Positions 32,111-45,814 are shown, numbered from the whole stretch's first letter. The stretch is DNA of 63,905 nt, filler included, from Stramenopiles sp. TOSAG23-3 (GCA_900128585.1; 7 parts of 7 records of this genome joined end to end with filler, not necessarily neighbours in it); one strand, 5' to 3'. The notes: generated by a model not told the origin, from the sequence alone. Translations and numbers: made by a program.

Positions 32111-33247
32111 TTACTTCTGCGTAAAATCGTCTATGAGTTTAAGAAAGAGCCAATTCAGCGACAACTCGATTTGTCGTTCACACGGTCCACGGCGACCACT
32201 TAGCCCTAAACCATCAACCAGTCCACGGAAAGATTTGACCAGTTTTTCTCTAGTACAACCACCTTTGCACTGGGACATTTCGGTAGTGTAGTGAACGAAA
32301 TAATGCCTTCCAGCCTGCAAAACCAACCGTTTCCATTTCTTCAAAGTGCCCTGGGTCAATCTAAGGCTGGAAAATGACATTTTTTCGGGGTCACTGTCTT
32401 CCGGGATACTTCGTAATAGACATTCTGCGATTTCTTTTGAAGACACAGTATCTAAGAGTTGAGCCCTTTGGAACAGGGATAGATCTTTAAGACCTTCACT
32501 GAATACCACTTGCCAGTCTTGGAGTTTCCAGCTCTTTAGAGCAGATACAGTTGAATTGTCAAGATAGAAAAATGAACTCGCCCCATACTTACAACCTTTG
32601 TTAAACGCCTCTACCACGCAATTCGTGCAGTTTTGTCGTTCTGTTGATCGAGACTCCTTATTGAAGGACCCACTGCTAGGAGTGTTGCGTTTCACCGTGC
32701 TGCTACTCGCAACAGACCCTTCTTGCAGGTGTGTTGATGTTTTCTCTATCAAATTTCCAAGCGGTTGAAAATCACAAAACTCTACGGTTTGAAAGGTTTG
32801 TTTAGTACGTTTTAGACCTTTTAGTTCGCTTGGTTTAATTAATGTATTTGCTCTCATCCAGCACATTTGCATCGTCCTGGTTCCCCAAGCCCCCTTATCT
32901 CCGTATTTTCTTAGCATCTCAGACTCGAAAGTAAAGTATAATCGGTAGGAAGTGGGTGAAAGAGTGTCATCCAGTTTCCTTTTCAGAAGTTTCTTGGGAG
33001 CATCTCTTGCGCCACTGCTCTTTTCAACAACTTTGGACGGGCGCGCCTTTTCAATTTCTGAAGCCTTTCTACTCTTGTTTGGCTCTTCCTTTTTGGGGTG
33101 TTCAGAAAACAACAGTGAATACTCTGGAGGCAGTACATCCGACAAGCGAGCACCACCATTGATCCTTTTGCCACCAGCGTTGGCGACGTCCTTCCAAGAT
33201 TGCACAGCGCCGTACGCCCTTCCCCCCGATGTTTTCAAGTCGCTCAT
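32111..33247 (-). CDS. Hypothetical protein (378 aa)
   Basis: Long ATG-initiated ORF with coding-like composition between AT-rich flanks; no family recognised. Confidence 0.75.
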   Translation of the reverse strand: MSDLKTSGGRAYGAVQSWKDVANAGGKRINGGARLSDVLPPEYSLLFSEHPKKEEPNKSRKASEIEKARPSKVVEKSSGARDAPKKLLKRKLDDTLSPTSYRLYFTFESEMLRKYGDKGAWGTRTMQMCWMRANTLIKPSELKGLKRTKQTFQTVEFCDFQPLGNLIEKTSTHLQEGSVASSSTVKRNTPSSGSFNKESRSTERQNCTNCVVEAFNKGCKYGASSFFYLDNSTVSALKSWKLQDWQVVFSEGLKDLSLFQRAQLLDTVSSKEIAECLLRSIPEDSDPEKMSFSSLRLTQGTLKKWKRLVLQAGRHYFVHYTTEMSQCKGGCTREKLVKSFRGLVDGLGLSGRRGPCERQIELSLNWLFLKLIDDFTQK

Positions 33248-34059
33248 ATGTACGCTTTTTTCTCGTGCCTACAAAGAAACCATTTCAGATTTTGTTCGAC
33301 TAAAGGGGAAATAGACATGCATTAGAAGTACACATTGGTTGAAAACAGTTGCTATCTTTTGAACTTAACTCTGTAGTCATACATAATGTAAATTGTGGTT
33401 ACTCTTACTTACTATTACGAAGAAGTCATTTAAAAATAATACGTCGCCGCGCGGCGGCGGAAGAAGAAAAAAAACCTAAAAAATATATTAATAGAAGACG
33501 ACTATTATATTTCTTCTTTTTTTTCTTCTTATTTTGTTTGCTATTGCCTGTTATTTTGTTGAGATTTTATTTTCGAACAGATTTTCCTATTTAATATAGG
33601 CTTATTTACATATTTGTAAAATCCTCGTACTCTACGAACACTATTAATATACACAATTGTAGTAAGAAGAAAACAAGTTTTTTTAATTTTTTAATATAAC
33701 TTTAAAGAGACAGTCAGTACAGTATACTACCATGGTATTATAAATATTACTATTATTTATATATATATTAATAAAAAATCATCTTCTCAACAAAAAAACC
33801 CTTCTTCTCAAGTATCATCTCACATCTCACAACAACAACAACACCCGTCCGTCGTGTACTACACCGCCGCCGTGTAAAATCAATTTCAATTATTTATTCA
33901 CATTCAGTCATTTAAATAAATAAAACTAATTATTCATTACGTTCGATTAATGAAAAGGGAAGGCGTGCAATCTAAACGTTTTTGTCAACTTTTTGGATCT
34001 ATGTTTCACTCTTATATCACCCGCTACGAAAAAATTAGCGTTTGTTTATATCATTGGTC

Positions 34060-34935
34060 ATGAGCATAATTGCAAATGGGAGACTTGTTGAATATACAAA
34101 CTCTCCATGTTCTTTGCAGGTCTTCGAGTCTGGGCTGATTGGTGCTGAGAATGTTATAGTCATGTTGGGTGGGCTAACGGATGGTTTGATGGCATGCTCA
34201 TATGTTCCTAAATTATCTAGTTTGTGTGCAGAATCAGGTTATGCACTGCTTCAGCCAATCTTGCGAAGTTCCTACTGTCAATTTGGCACCGGCACTTTGA
34301 TCAGAGATATGGACGACTTGATTAATCTTTTCAAGTGGATTAACAAACGCTCAGAAAACAACAGTAAAGTTATCCTTATGGGCCACTCCACTGGGTGCAA
34401 CATATCCGTTTACTTCTGTAAGCACGCCCCCGATACATGGAAAAACATGGTATGCGGCGTCATCCTACAAGCTCCCGTATCAGACCGAGAGGCTTTTGCA
34501 ATAGAACAACCCCCCCAAACAATCAAAGATATTTTGGAAGTTTCCAAAAAGCTTATATCTAACGGGGAAGGTCAAACAATTGTACATAGCCTATATGGTA
34601 TTGCACCACTATCTGCTGCTAGGGCAATTGATCTGTTTGAAAAGAATGGTTTAGATGACATGTTTAGCTCTGACTTTACGGATGAAGAGTTATGTTCTCG
34701 GATTGGACATATGTTTGACTTCCCAACTCTCTTTGTAATATCCTTGTCTGATGAATATGTCCCAGAATTTGTCTATCCCAAATTAGGACTTCGATTCAAA
34801 GAAACTGTACCTGGTTCATCTTTATGCATGATCGAAGGCGCGATCCACTCCCTTGCTAGCCCAGAACAAGCCGCCTCCCAGTTTTTAAATGCTTCATTGG
34901 AACATGCGGCTGTGTGCTTTTCGAACCGAAGATAA
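34060..34935 (+). CDS. DUF1749/UPF0613 alpha/beta hydrolase (SidJ-like)
   Basis: GGLTDG, nucleophile elbow GHSTG, ILQAPVSDRE, DDMFSSD, DEYVP, GAIHSL. Confidence 0.92.
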   Translation: MSIIANGRLVEYTNSPCSLQVFESGLIGAENVIVMLGGLTDGLMACSYVPKLSSLCAESGYALLQPILRSSYCQFGTGTLIRDMDDLINLFKWINKRSENNSKVILMGHSTGCNISVYFCKHAPDTWKNMVCGVILQAPVSDREAFAIEQPPQTIKDILEVSKKLISNGEGQTIVHSLYGIAPLSAARAIDLFEKNGLDDMFSSDFTDEELCSRIGHMFDFPTLFVISLSDEYVPEFVYPKLGLRFKETVPGSSLCMIEGAIHSLASPEQAASQFLNASLEHAAVCFSNRR

Positions 34936-35035
34936 ATTTATACCCCTTAATTATCATATACCGACATTTAATTAATTTATTCTCTCGTAAGCTTTCAAGA
35001 ATAAACTTATTTTTTTAAAACTTTCCCCACCTTTC

Positions 35036-35942
35036 TCAATTCTTTGTTTTGATTGCGATTTGATCAGCAATTAAACTCCGTCTTCGTTCTAGCATAAACG
35101 GGGTTGTTGGGCCTGCATTTTCAGTTTTTGCTTGTGGTCTAGATACGCGAGTGGGAACTGGCGCACCCCGGAATCTACCCAAGTCCATGTTCCTTTTTAC
35201 CTCATTTTGGATTTTCCTCCAATTAATGAACCGTGGGTCTAGGATTCTTCCATGATTGTCGACATGGCCCAGGACGTGGATGATTTTCAGCAAAGAGTCG
35301 TAATCGTTTGCATCCATCTTTTGCAAGTCTTTGTAGCATAATGTTTGAACGTGTGCTTCATCGATATTGTCTGCTAATGTCAGGATGCTCTTGCGGCGCA
35401 GAGAAAGCCTAGCTTCTTTAGGTGGGGGAGGTGGTGGTCGTGGGGGTTCTGATGGCAGCGGCAGCATCGACATCACCCTTTCAATTTCAAGCTCTAGTAC
35501 TGCAGTTGCATCCTCAACACGGTCTGTCTTGTTAGGGCTACTGCGGTTGGACTGCCCTGTCAAAAACTCTTCAGGGACGGGAAGATCCTCAATATCCTGC
35601 TCAGCAACTCTATCAAATACAAAAATTATGGGACGAGACAGTTTTGAAACATGACGAAGGACTTCCCTGGACGTCCAATTATCAACTGACACAGTGTTTA
35701 TTTGTCTGGGTTAGCAAAGGTGGTTAGACAAAATTGTTTCTTCTCAAGTAAGAGGGGGCAGACGAGGGGACGGGAACTTACATTAGCCTATGCCCGACTT
35801 CCAATTGTGTCACACGACTTGCTTGACTGCCAGGAACAACTTCTTCAACAACAACAACGGGACCCACGCCATCATGCGCTAGTTGATCCACCAAAGTAAG
35901 CCCGATCGGGCCATCCAGGAATTGGCACGAATACGCAGCCAT
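35036..35942 (-). CDS. PDZ-domain protein, two exons: join(35782..35942, 35036..35705), 276 aa
   Basis: 76-nt intron 35706-35781 (GTAAGT...CTAACCCAG). Splicing restores a PDZ: FLDGPIGLTL...VVEEVVPGSQA....LEVGHRLIQINTVSV......VLRHVSKLSRPIIFVF. Confidence 0.88.
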
Positions 35943-36572
35943 ATGTATGTTATCGCAATAATTAATACCCAGCAGCACTGAGAAAATATCTAAAGCCAAT
36001 GGTCTCCTAAGAAAGATAATCGCATAAGAGAAAAATTCTTCGACTAAAAGAAAGACAAGAATGCAGGGATCGATCGAGAATAACAATTTATTCAGTGAAC
36101 CCAAACAAAATTATAATTCCTGCATTTATGCATCTTATTGTTTGGTCGACTCTTAATTAAATATACTCAAAATGTTCCAACCAACACAACAAAAAAGCAC
36201 CAACAAAAATTATTTTATTATTTTATTAGTCTTCTATCTATCTATTTTTATATTGTTTTTTTTTTTTTTTTGTGTGTGGGGGTCGTCGCGGTGTCGTTTT
36301 TTAATAAAATAATATTATACTACCCCCCCTGATGCTGCTGCCTGCTAATATGTTAATATTAATAAAATATCTATTATTTATTATTGCCTCCTCATCCATC
36401 ATCGATCCATCAGCAGAGTCACCATCATCATCAAATCAAATCATCAAAAAGCATTATAATATTTAATATTAATATTCGTTGTTTTTTTTTCTTTTTTTTT
36501 TTTCTTTCTTCTCTCTCATCATCATCACATTTTTATTATAATATTATTACTGCATATATTTTAGTATAATAT

Positions 36573-36672
36573 NNNNNNNNNNNNNNNNNNNNNNNNNNNN
36601 NNNNNNNNNNNNNNNNTTAATTAATTAANNNNNNNNNNNNNNNNNNNNNNNNNNNNNNNNNNNNNNNNNNNN
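36573..36672. other. Artificial contig spacer
   Basis: 44N-TTAATTAATTAA-44N. Confidence 0.97.
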
Positions 36673-39600
36673 CAGAACCAAAAGCAGCAGACGAATTGCA
36701 AGTCTTGTCCAACAGGCCAATATCAGGACCAAAACCAGAAGACGAATTGCAGGTATTGTCCAACAGGCCAATATCAAAACGAAGCACAGCAGATAAGCTG
36801 CTTAACCTGTTCACCAGGCAAATACTCCGAAGTGGCTGCATCAACATGTACGCTGTGTCCTCATGGTATGTATCAGGATGAAGGGGCTCAATCGGAATGT
36901 ATAGACTGCAGTGAAGGTTCTTATCAAGACCAGGATGGCATGACCGCTTGCATAGTGTGTGGCGCTGGTACCTATCAGAGTGACACCGGTTCATCGGAAA
37001 AATGTCATCGCTGCAAGCCTGGTCGCCACCAGAAGGAGACTGGTTCGCTGACATGCAAAGAGTGCTCTGGTGGTTCATTTCAAGATGAGGAAGGTCAATC
37101 AGAATGTAAATACTGTACTGCAGGTTTCTTTTCAGAACGCATGGCTACAGAGTGTAAAAAGTGCGATCAAGGGAAGTACTGCTCGGAAAATGCTTGCAGT
37201 AATTGCAAAGATTGTCCAAAGGGACAATATGGCGATTTAGAAACTCCCATAAATTGCACTAATTGCTCTACAGGGAAATACAATGGAGATACAGGTAAGA
37301 CTGTTTGCGAGTTTTGCGAGAAAGGAACGTATACCGATGAGACAGGGCTCGAAAATTGTAAGCTTTGCCCAGAAAATACCATCAGTGATACAAATGAAGT
37401 AAACGGCGAAGGTGCAACATCTTGTCAAAGTTGTGCAACTGGCAAGATTGCGCCTGAGAGAGCCTGGACCACATCTGGAGAATGTTGCGACCCCTTAAAA
37501 GAGTGTGAAATCAAAATTAACACTGATAGACACGTGTATAGACACGAGAAAAATGACTGTATGAATCGCCAACCTATTCCGATAAAAGCGAAACACAAAG
37601 TGCGAGAAGCAAACGACACTCTGTGTCTCCAAGAGCTGATATGTGATGGCGAACGTACAGAGTTCTTAAAAACGGATTCTGGGGTACACACAGCTGAAAT
37701 CAAGAGCGAAATTAAAAGTCTCCGTGTCCAACTCATAGGTTACGCCCAAGCTATGAGTTTCGATAATATGAAAAGCAATCTCCGTTGCGGTATTGTGCAC
37801 TTAAGCGTCAGCTGCTCGTCTCCGAGTATTGAAATCGGCCTGATAGAGTCGTCCTCGACTGAATGCGACGAAGCGTATTTGGACGAGTCGAACGCAAAGT
37901 GGGGCGAATTGTGGGGAAAGGTTACGCCGGGCGATTCTTTAGACTTGCCTATGCCCTCCACAAACGAAAATGGGTGGGATGGTAAATATTATTGTTGGTT
38001 AGTACGCCTCAAAGGGTATAAAAACCAACTCCAATACAAAAACAACGAACCTATCATGATAAAAGCCCTCCATAGCAAATCTGTGCTCTTGGATAATTCT
38101 CCCCCTTACATTGGAGCCGTGAGTTTAGTTAACCCCATCGTGTCCACCTCTCAACGGGCTATTACCCACCAATGCTCTAATTCTACTTTCAGCGTAGCTA
38201 TTGACGGTATTGAAGAGCTTCAAAGTAGCCTTAAAAACATTACGGTTGAAATCGTTTCTAAACACCACAATGGTGTGGTAGCTGAAAAGACATACTCTGA
38301 TGAGAGCTATTTTGATACGCCACAGACGGTTTCGCCGGGCAGCTCGTTCACCGTTTCGTCGAGTGGTAGGGTCGTAGAAGAATGTTATGGTTACTACGCC
38401 AACGTTGTTGCCTGTAGTACGTTGTGCTCAACCAAGCACCAATCAACCAATGATGCGATTGTCGATACAACCTCCCCGTTGAAAGGGAACGTCTACAATA
38501 ACGACGCAGTCCCTGGTGCTGAGGCCGTGCAGCTGTCAGACACTTCCGCGGCGGTCAAGTTTGAACAATTTGAAGCCAAGTGTAATGTTTGGAGCAACGT
38601 AACGTATACCATTAAATTACTTAGAAATAATACCGCACGAGACGTGGTAGAACATGCCACTACAGAGGAACCCGGCGTCTTGCGTTTTGACGATCTTTCC
38701 CTTGAATGTGGCCAAAGTTACTTATGGCAAGTTATTGCTTACAATAGAGCGGGCTGTGAGGGTACAAAAAGCAACTCTGCGCCGTTCAAAATCGTTAGTC
38801 AACCACCTGATACCTACGATGCATCCGTGGAGTTTACCACCACAGACGGAAGAGTTATTGAACAAAGATATGTAAACTTCTCAGGCGTTTGCTGCAGTTG
38901 GAAAGGCTTTCACGATCATTGTGGGAAAGTATCGGGTTATAGAATAGATCTTGTAGACATGGAAAACCCCACCTCTCCCGTTAACACGGAGGAGGTGAGT
39001 GGCACACAGAAATTCCTCTGCTTCGAATTAAATGATACCAAAACTTATCGCTGCAATGTCTTTGCAAAGGGGGAAAGCAACTTTTGGTCGTTGGCTGCCA
39101 GGTCCTCGGAGGTAATTACGGTGGACGAAACAGCAGCAGAAATTAAACATGTTACTGTGGACGATGCAGGGTGCACATGGAAGATGTTAGCTACATAACA
39201 AAGGTTGAATTGGCCATAGTTGAATTTCCAAAATCAGATCGTTCAGTTATGGACTTCCGCGTAATGCCAGAAGGAATGCAATACATGATTCCTGAAACGG
39301 TCCTACACTCACGAAACTTTATGTCGGAGACATATTATAAACTTGCTCTTCGGGTTAGCAATTCCGCAGGGTCCGTTTCCGACATCGCTTATTCCAAATT
39401 GAATATTACAATCGACCAAGAAGAGCCCACTATTAGAGCTGTGTATGACGGAGATGGGAAAGCTTGTCCTGGCATGCTCAACTACAAATTTCAAAGCAAA
39501 TTGCCGTTAGGCTGCCGATTTTATACAAATGAATCGGACCTTGAATCAATTAATATAGAAATTTTTGCATCGAATATTCCCTGCCATAAAGGAAAACACA

Positions 39601-42600
39601 GCGAATACAGCGTAACTATTACCAGCGAGAAACTCTCTGCTATTACGCTGAACACAACACACCGTGGTATGATACCTTTTACTTCACAAAAAGAAGTCGA
39701 CGAGACAGAATTGGAACGTAAACGCTTCATTTGTTGCTCTGGACAACTTACCGATAAACACGGAAATCAAGGTTTGACCAATATTTCCGACGGGTCTGTT
39801 TGGGTAGTGCCTTCGGAACTGTCTAATGGAGACCTTTATTTTGAAGAAGAGTCAATAACGACTGGGCTTGGAGAGACTGGGGGCACCTTTTTTAGATCAT
39901 GCAAAAGCTTAACTTTTGTCTTATGTCGAGACAAGTGGAAAACCACTGAAAATGCCACATTTCCTGCTTTCACGTCTTTTCGATATTCTGTGTACCAAGT
40001 TTACCCTTCTAAAAACAGGGTGTTGTTGCAAACTTGGCTCTCCACTTCCAACTCAACAAAGGAATGCGTTAAAAATCCTTCGAATCTGACCGTTCCCAAC
40101 GGAGCCATGATTGAAGCCGAAGTGGTTGCCCGGGCAGACCAAGTATGTTCTGGTAAAACGGAGTTGACACGAGCAAGTCAAACAAAACGTATCATTGTGG
40201 ATTGTGGGAAGCCTGGGACAGAAGATGCGCGAGCATGGTTTGGAAGGGAGAGTTTTACACGACGGGAAAAACACCTTTTGTTGGAAAACGACGAAGAAAA
40301 TAAAACAGTGTACGCAAAATGGGACAAGTTCTCAACGCCGCCTTCTGGTATCTATGAGTACCGTGCAATGATCGTCAAGAAAGGGGAGAAAGTGGATGAT
40401 TACAGCTTGCTTCTGCCGCACAAGTTGTCAAATGAGTGGCCCATGAAACGTTTGTTCAAAGTTGGAGAATCGTATGAACTCATTGTCTCTGCCCGCAGTT
40501 TCATCAACCAGACATCGAAATTTGTAAGGTCAAAATATCCAATCCTTGTATTGAGCGCGCGCTCGAACGCGTCTCTCACTGTCGTTGTATCCAAAGCCCG
40601 AGAAGGGAGTATGCCCACTATGGTCATTGTTCGTGTTAGTGAGAGTTTAGGAGCCCCCACAAAGTCCTGTCATATTCTTGTTGTCAATGGTGGAAGGACA
40701 ATCAAAGATCAAGCAATGCTGGAACACAAACACAACAAAACGTTGTCACATTCAAAATGGCAAATAAATTTAGATACAGTCCTTCAGGCTGAGAGCTACC
40801 AATACATCAGAGCATCGTGTACCGATGTGTACGGCCGTCAAACATTTGCCGAAAAAGAAGAACGGGCCATTGGCGTGATTACCACGTCCGGGTTGCTCTT
40901 AAATATAACTGGCGATGCTCCTGTTTCTAGAGTGAGGGACATCACGCCTTGCGGCACGAAAGGGCGTATTGGTCATGAGACCTTCTCGGTATATGGTTTG
41001 AGGGACTGGTCTCGGGGTTTGCGTGTGAGCTGGCGTGACGTTTTTAGGCTGCCCAAGGGTGTTCACAACAATAACGTCACGTACGTGGTAATATTGGAGC
41101 ACTTGTCGAACAAATCGTTTCATAAAATGTATAAGTGTGCGGGGTGCGCAAGTTATGATATAAAAGCATCAGTTTTCGTTGACGCATTGAAGAAGGTTGA
41201 AATGAATTGCACGTGGAATATTTTTACGGTGCGTGTGAATGCGACGGTGATGGGCAGCGAGCCAGTGACAATTGCAAAGAATATTGTGATCGAAAATTCC
41301 GCCCCCATATTTGCGAATCCTCTCGACGGTTTTGCGTTTGTTTGTCCACGTCGGCTTGTTTCCTTTGCAAAATGTAGAGATTATTTCAATAAACATAAGA
41401 AAAAGGTAAGTGTTTCCAAAGGAGAAGATATTACGGTTCGATGGGCGAGAGGTGTTGTCGGAGATCCTGAAAGCAAACTACGTGTAGAAACTTGCATTAC
41501 CCATGATGACAGAAACTCGTGTTCATCATGGACGCTTCCTTTAAAACCGTACTATGCGCTCTTAAAAGCTCCTGCCCACGACGGGACTGTTTGGTTGCGC
41601 GCGTGTAACGTGCACGATTTGTGTTCGGAGAAGAAATGCGTAGGTAGCATATTCGTGCTTCCCCAGCCGCGCTTTGTACATCCAGTGGAGTCGCATTATT
41701 ATCACCCTAACAAGACAGTTTCAGTGCAGTGGACGAACGACAACGACGAGAAGAGTGGTGGTAACTTTCAAGTTCTTTTGAGTTGCCTTGATAATGGAAT
41801 TCTAGCACCATTGAAAAATATGTCCGTCAAACAGGACTCGTCGTCAGTTGAAATGGAGTTGTCCGAGGAAAACGTCGAGCGTTGCAATAATCGTCCCCTG
41901 CATACATGTGTTGTACATAAAATCTCCGGCATAACTTTGACTAGGGTAACTTGCACTTCTCAAACTATACTTCTTGATACATCCCCGTGCGATATCAACA
42001 TTAAGATCATTGAAAGTCACAGAAGAGCATTGAAGGTCCGATGGTCAGCTTATGACCAACAGAGTTTGAAGTGTGACAATGCGATATTTTCCATCCCCCC
42101 CAAATACGAAATTGATCTCTCCTCAAATTGGACAGGGAACAATAAGAATGTCTTTAATTTCTCGACGATGATAGATGGGCATGTGAATGTTACGACCTTT
42201 TCATTTTCTAGCGAATACAAATCGATAAGTGAGTCTCTGAAGATAACACTACAAGCAACGAACGGAGTTGGACGCTCGCATGTAGTCAGCGCGTCACAAC
42301 TTTCGAAAGAATTACGCAATTTCAACATTTCTAATGTTGAAATTTGCACTTCTGATAGCATGAACCACTCGAAATGTAAGGATAGTAAGAGCAACGACCC
42401 GACTCTGGCGCTTCGGAACCGTGCATTGGTCAAATGGCAAGCTTCGTCGTCTGAAAATATCACAAATTTGGCCGTCGTTTGGGAAGTTTCTATAATGAAC
42501 ATACAAGGTAGCAATGCTACTACAGTAGACCCTCACAAAGAGTGGTTTCCATCGTTTCGAAGTAGAATAAATGTCTTCTATGACTTTGAGGACGGGAAAC

Positions 42601-44810
42601 TGTATGAGTTTTGCGTCCGTCTAAAGGGCAGTGACAATCCGTCTTGTACTAAGGTTCGGTCGAACTTGACCGCACCGAACTTTAATAAAAAACTCATTTT
42701 GATCCATTACAATGAAAAAACAGATTGTATAATATGCACGATCCCTCAGTGCGATGATTATAATGTGTCCGTGAAGTTGAGACATGAAAATAAACCGCTT
42801 AACTTTCAGAGAAGTGTGAGCCCGAATGAAATTAATAGAAAGGTTAACTTTACAAAAGCTGCTAATATAACTCGCAAGTCTGGCTACTTCAGTTTGCAAT
42901 GTGTGGCCGAATGCACCAGTAACGTTGGGTTAAAAAGAGTGATTGTTTCGCAACCTCTGAACGCATCTAATTTCACACCGTGCCTACCACTACCTTCTCA
43001 GGCCAGAGTAACTGTGGAGGGGCGGCCCGCCCATGGCCTGACAGTTGTTACGGGGTCTGACCTACTTAAGAATTTAAATTGGTCGTTTATCGATCCAAAA
43101 TGTGAAGTCTGGGAAAAATATATACATGCCAAAGTCTGTCTTTCCAAAGCTCATGAGTTCACTTGTCTTGGTGGGACAACGTTTGTGGCGTTCGAGAATT
43201 TCCCAACGCCGTCAAAATCGTTTGCAGGACAAATGTTGAGAGTTCTTATGTTGTTTGATGTCATCTACAGCGACGCAAAGCCGAGCATTTCATCCAATGT
43301 TTTCATGATGACTTTTTCTGATGAATTTACCAACGCTGAAGGGTATATGAACGTCTTCATTGAGAACAGCCATTTATCTGTCGAACGCATCGATAGATCG
43401 ATGGATCCAGGATCTAATTTTGTGACTATGTATGTGTCCCGGCGAATGCTGGGCGACGCGTTCTTGGAGTTTCATTGGGACCATACCCCATCGCCGTATG
43501 TCGTCCAAAGTGGCATTTACTACAACGTCACTTTTGATTTTGAGAATGAAAACCCGCAAGAAAACGCCACATGGACTGCTACAAGAACTCCATTGTTTCC
43601 TCGTCTCCGCAACCGCAGTGTCAATATCTCCGCGCTCGCGTGGAACCATTTTACTTCCCAAACATTCTCTTTTCGCACGATCCGGTTGCATGTTTTCGGA
43701 CAAGAGCCACGCTTCACAAATCGAACTGGCTTGAATGTGAAGTTTGATGATACCTCAAACACAATAATTGCTGAGTATCCAATTGCAAAAAACACTCGCC
43801 GCTATGTCTTAAGCATCGGGTGGTCACGAGGTGGCACTGAAATTGTTAACAGGGAGTGTCTCAATCCACAAGGGAAAACCTTCTCGAAAACCATGGATAA
43901 ACGCATATCTGTAAATCGAACTGCGTATGTCACTCTTGCTGCCGAGAGCATTGGTTATTATGGTGAATTTCTTGAGAGCAATGTTTCCATACCCTCTTAC
44001 AAACCTAAAGTGGTAAATGCAAGCGGATTCACTGTATATGGAATCGCAACGGAAGATGACTCGGAACCACGGCGGCTTGGAAATGGTAGATTTGAGTATG
44101 TTAATCTTAAAACCATCACAGCCATTAGATTTGATTGGAAGGGAGTATTTCAGTGGAAAAGTACGCAGCATCTTTACTTTTCATGGACATTGTACGATAT
44201 AAATGAAAATATTCTACTGAATGGGACAACGAAATTTTTGTCCAAGAATTTAAGTACCAGTGCCATAACAGATGCCCTGGGTGCTCAAGAAGTTCAGTAT
44301 ATTTGGCTGTCCATTGCTGCAATAGCTCCCAACGATCCAAGTATTCAGACTCAGATTGATTGGAAAGATGGGGTACTGATTGTAGAGCGGGCCTTGAACG
44401 ACAAGCAACATTGTTTGCAAGTTTTCCACGGTAAACCAGACAATTTCTTTCATTCAAAAAGTTGTCAGTCATCGCGAACCGATTTCTCATTTTCTTGGCA
44501 CTCGTCCTGCTATAGCAGACTCGCACAAGATGCCAGCGAGAATTCTTCTTACCAGTGGGCTCTGGGTGTACCTGATAATATTACAGCGTTTGTACACTTC
44601 AATTCGAATTACAATGTGTATCCCTTTGCCCCCTTGGATGGTGGGCCAGGCGAAGGGGGGCATAAAACTGTGCATTTAGATGAACAATCCGAAAATCTAC
44701 CCAAAGTTGGAAGTCTTGTTGTGGTTAGTGTAAGGACACCCTTTGGAAGAATTGCGAATGATACTGTCCTTATTGTTGACAGCAAGTCAGTTTTGTGCAT
44801 ACTCCCGTAA
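36673..44810 (+). CDS. Giant extracellular protein: GCC2/GCC3 (ephrin-receptor-like) Cys repeats then Ig/FN3-like modules; 5'-truncated, frameshift near 39180, abrupt 3' end
   Basis: C..C..G.YQD..G repeats open from 36673; repeated [VL]D.[ST]PP-like junctions and W..F.D..S motifs; many N-x-S/T sequons. Adding one G at 39179-39180 joins the two ORFs (GCTW-EDVSYI). Confidence 0.8.
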
Positions 44811-45005
44811 GAGAAAGTTTGAGCAAAGGAGACCAATGCCTGGAGCTGCAGACGAAGAATGAGTCCGTGACGTACGAGCTGAAGGCCCTGAAGAGCATGT
44901 TCCGACAAAAACTTGAACACGTTTTAGTAGTGAGCGAGGGAGCGCCCAAAGAGGACAAAGGGAAGAAGTAAGTGAGGTCCGTGGGAGAGAAACAGTGCGG
45001 TATTT

Positions 45006-45518
45006 TTGATAGGACACGCGGAAAAGAGAATAGCCAAAATCGACAGCATACTGTACGAAGACAAGTACGACAAAAGAATTGTCCATTTGCATAATAATGT
45101 CATAGTAGAAGACAGCAATAATAGGTTTCATCGGCATTGTTTTGATACGAACAAGCTGTACTTGGAGGCGATGACCCCCTCCATAGACCGCCAGGTACTT
45201 GCTATCGACAACTACAGGAACATACGCAAGAAACAGACTTCACCAAAGGAATTCCAGGACGACGACGAAACATACTACAGAGCAGCATCCAACAAGTACA
45301 TCTTTGTTTCTCAACGATACTATTTCTACGTTGTCCCCTTCCTCCTTATCGTCTGGCTGACTTGCATGACCGATACTACCTTGTCTAATGTTATGTACAT
45401 AAATCATTATATTATTATGATAGATTTGCTAACTATGTATTTTAGAAATGAAGTAAATGACATTTCCATTGATTTCATGTACGCGGCTGCTGTGTTCTAC
45501 CTAATTGCACAGGCGTGA
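45006..45518 (+). CDS. Hypothetical protein with C-terminal hydrophobic segments (start uncertain)
   Basis: 170-codon open frame without an early ATG; lies in an atypical segment after the giant ORF. Confidence 0.35.
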   Translation: MIGHAEKRIAKIDSILYEDKYDKRIVHLHNNVIVEDSNNRFHRHCFDTNKLYLEAMTPSIDRQVLAIDNYRNIRKKQTSPKEFQDDDETYYRAASNKYIFVSQRYYFYVVPFLLIVWLTCMTDTTLSNVMYINHYIIMIDLLTMYFRNEVNDISIDFMYAAAVFYLIAQA

Positions 45519-45714
45519 CGAATCATAATGGAAAAAAATAGGAAGAGTAAGGACCATGATGTCGGCTGCCATTATAAATGGTATAAACGGCCAATGCACT
45601 GCAAGCGACTTTTGTTGTGCGAGAGGGAGTTGACCCTTGATTTGCTAACCCTAAGTTTCTGGGCGTATTCTTTCGCAAGCATGTCGCATTTATCATTTTT
45701 CGTTCTATCGACAA

Positions 45715-45814
45715 NNNNNNNNNNNNNNNNNNNNNNNNNNNNNNNNNNNNNNNNNNNNTTAATTAATTAANNNNNNNNNNNNNNNNNNNNNNNNNNNNNN
45801 NNNNNNNNNNNNNN
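45715..45814. other. Artificial contig spacer
   Basis: 44N-TTAATTAATTAA-44N. Confidence 0.97.

Noticed and set aside
35943-36104. Hydrophobic N-terminal extension on the PDZ first exon
   Set aside because: Starts at a non-ATG codon in AT-rich upstream DNA; ATG at 35942 begins directly at the PDZ fold.
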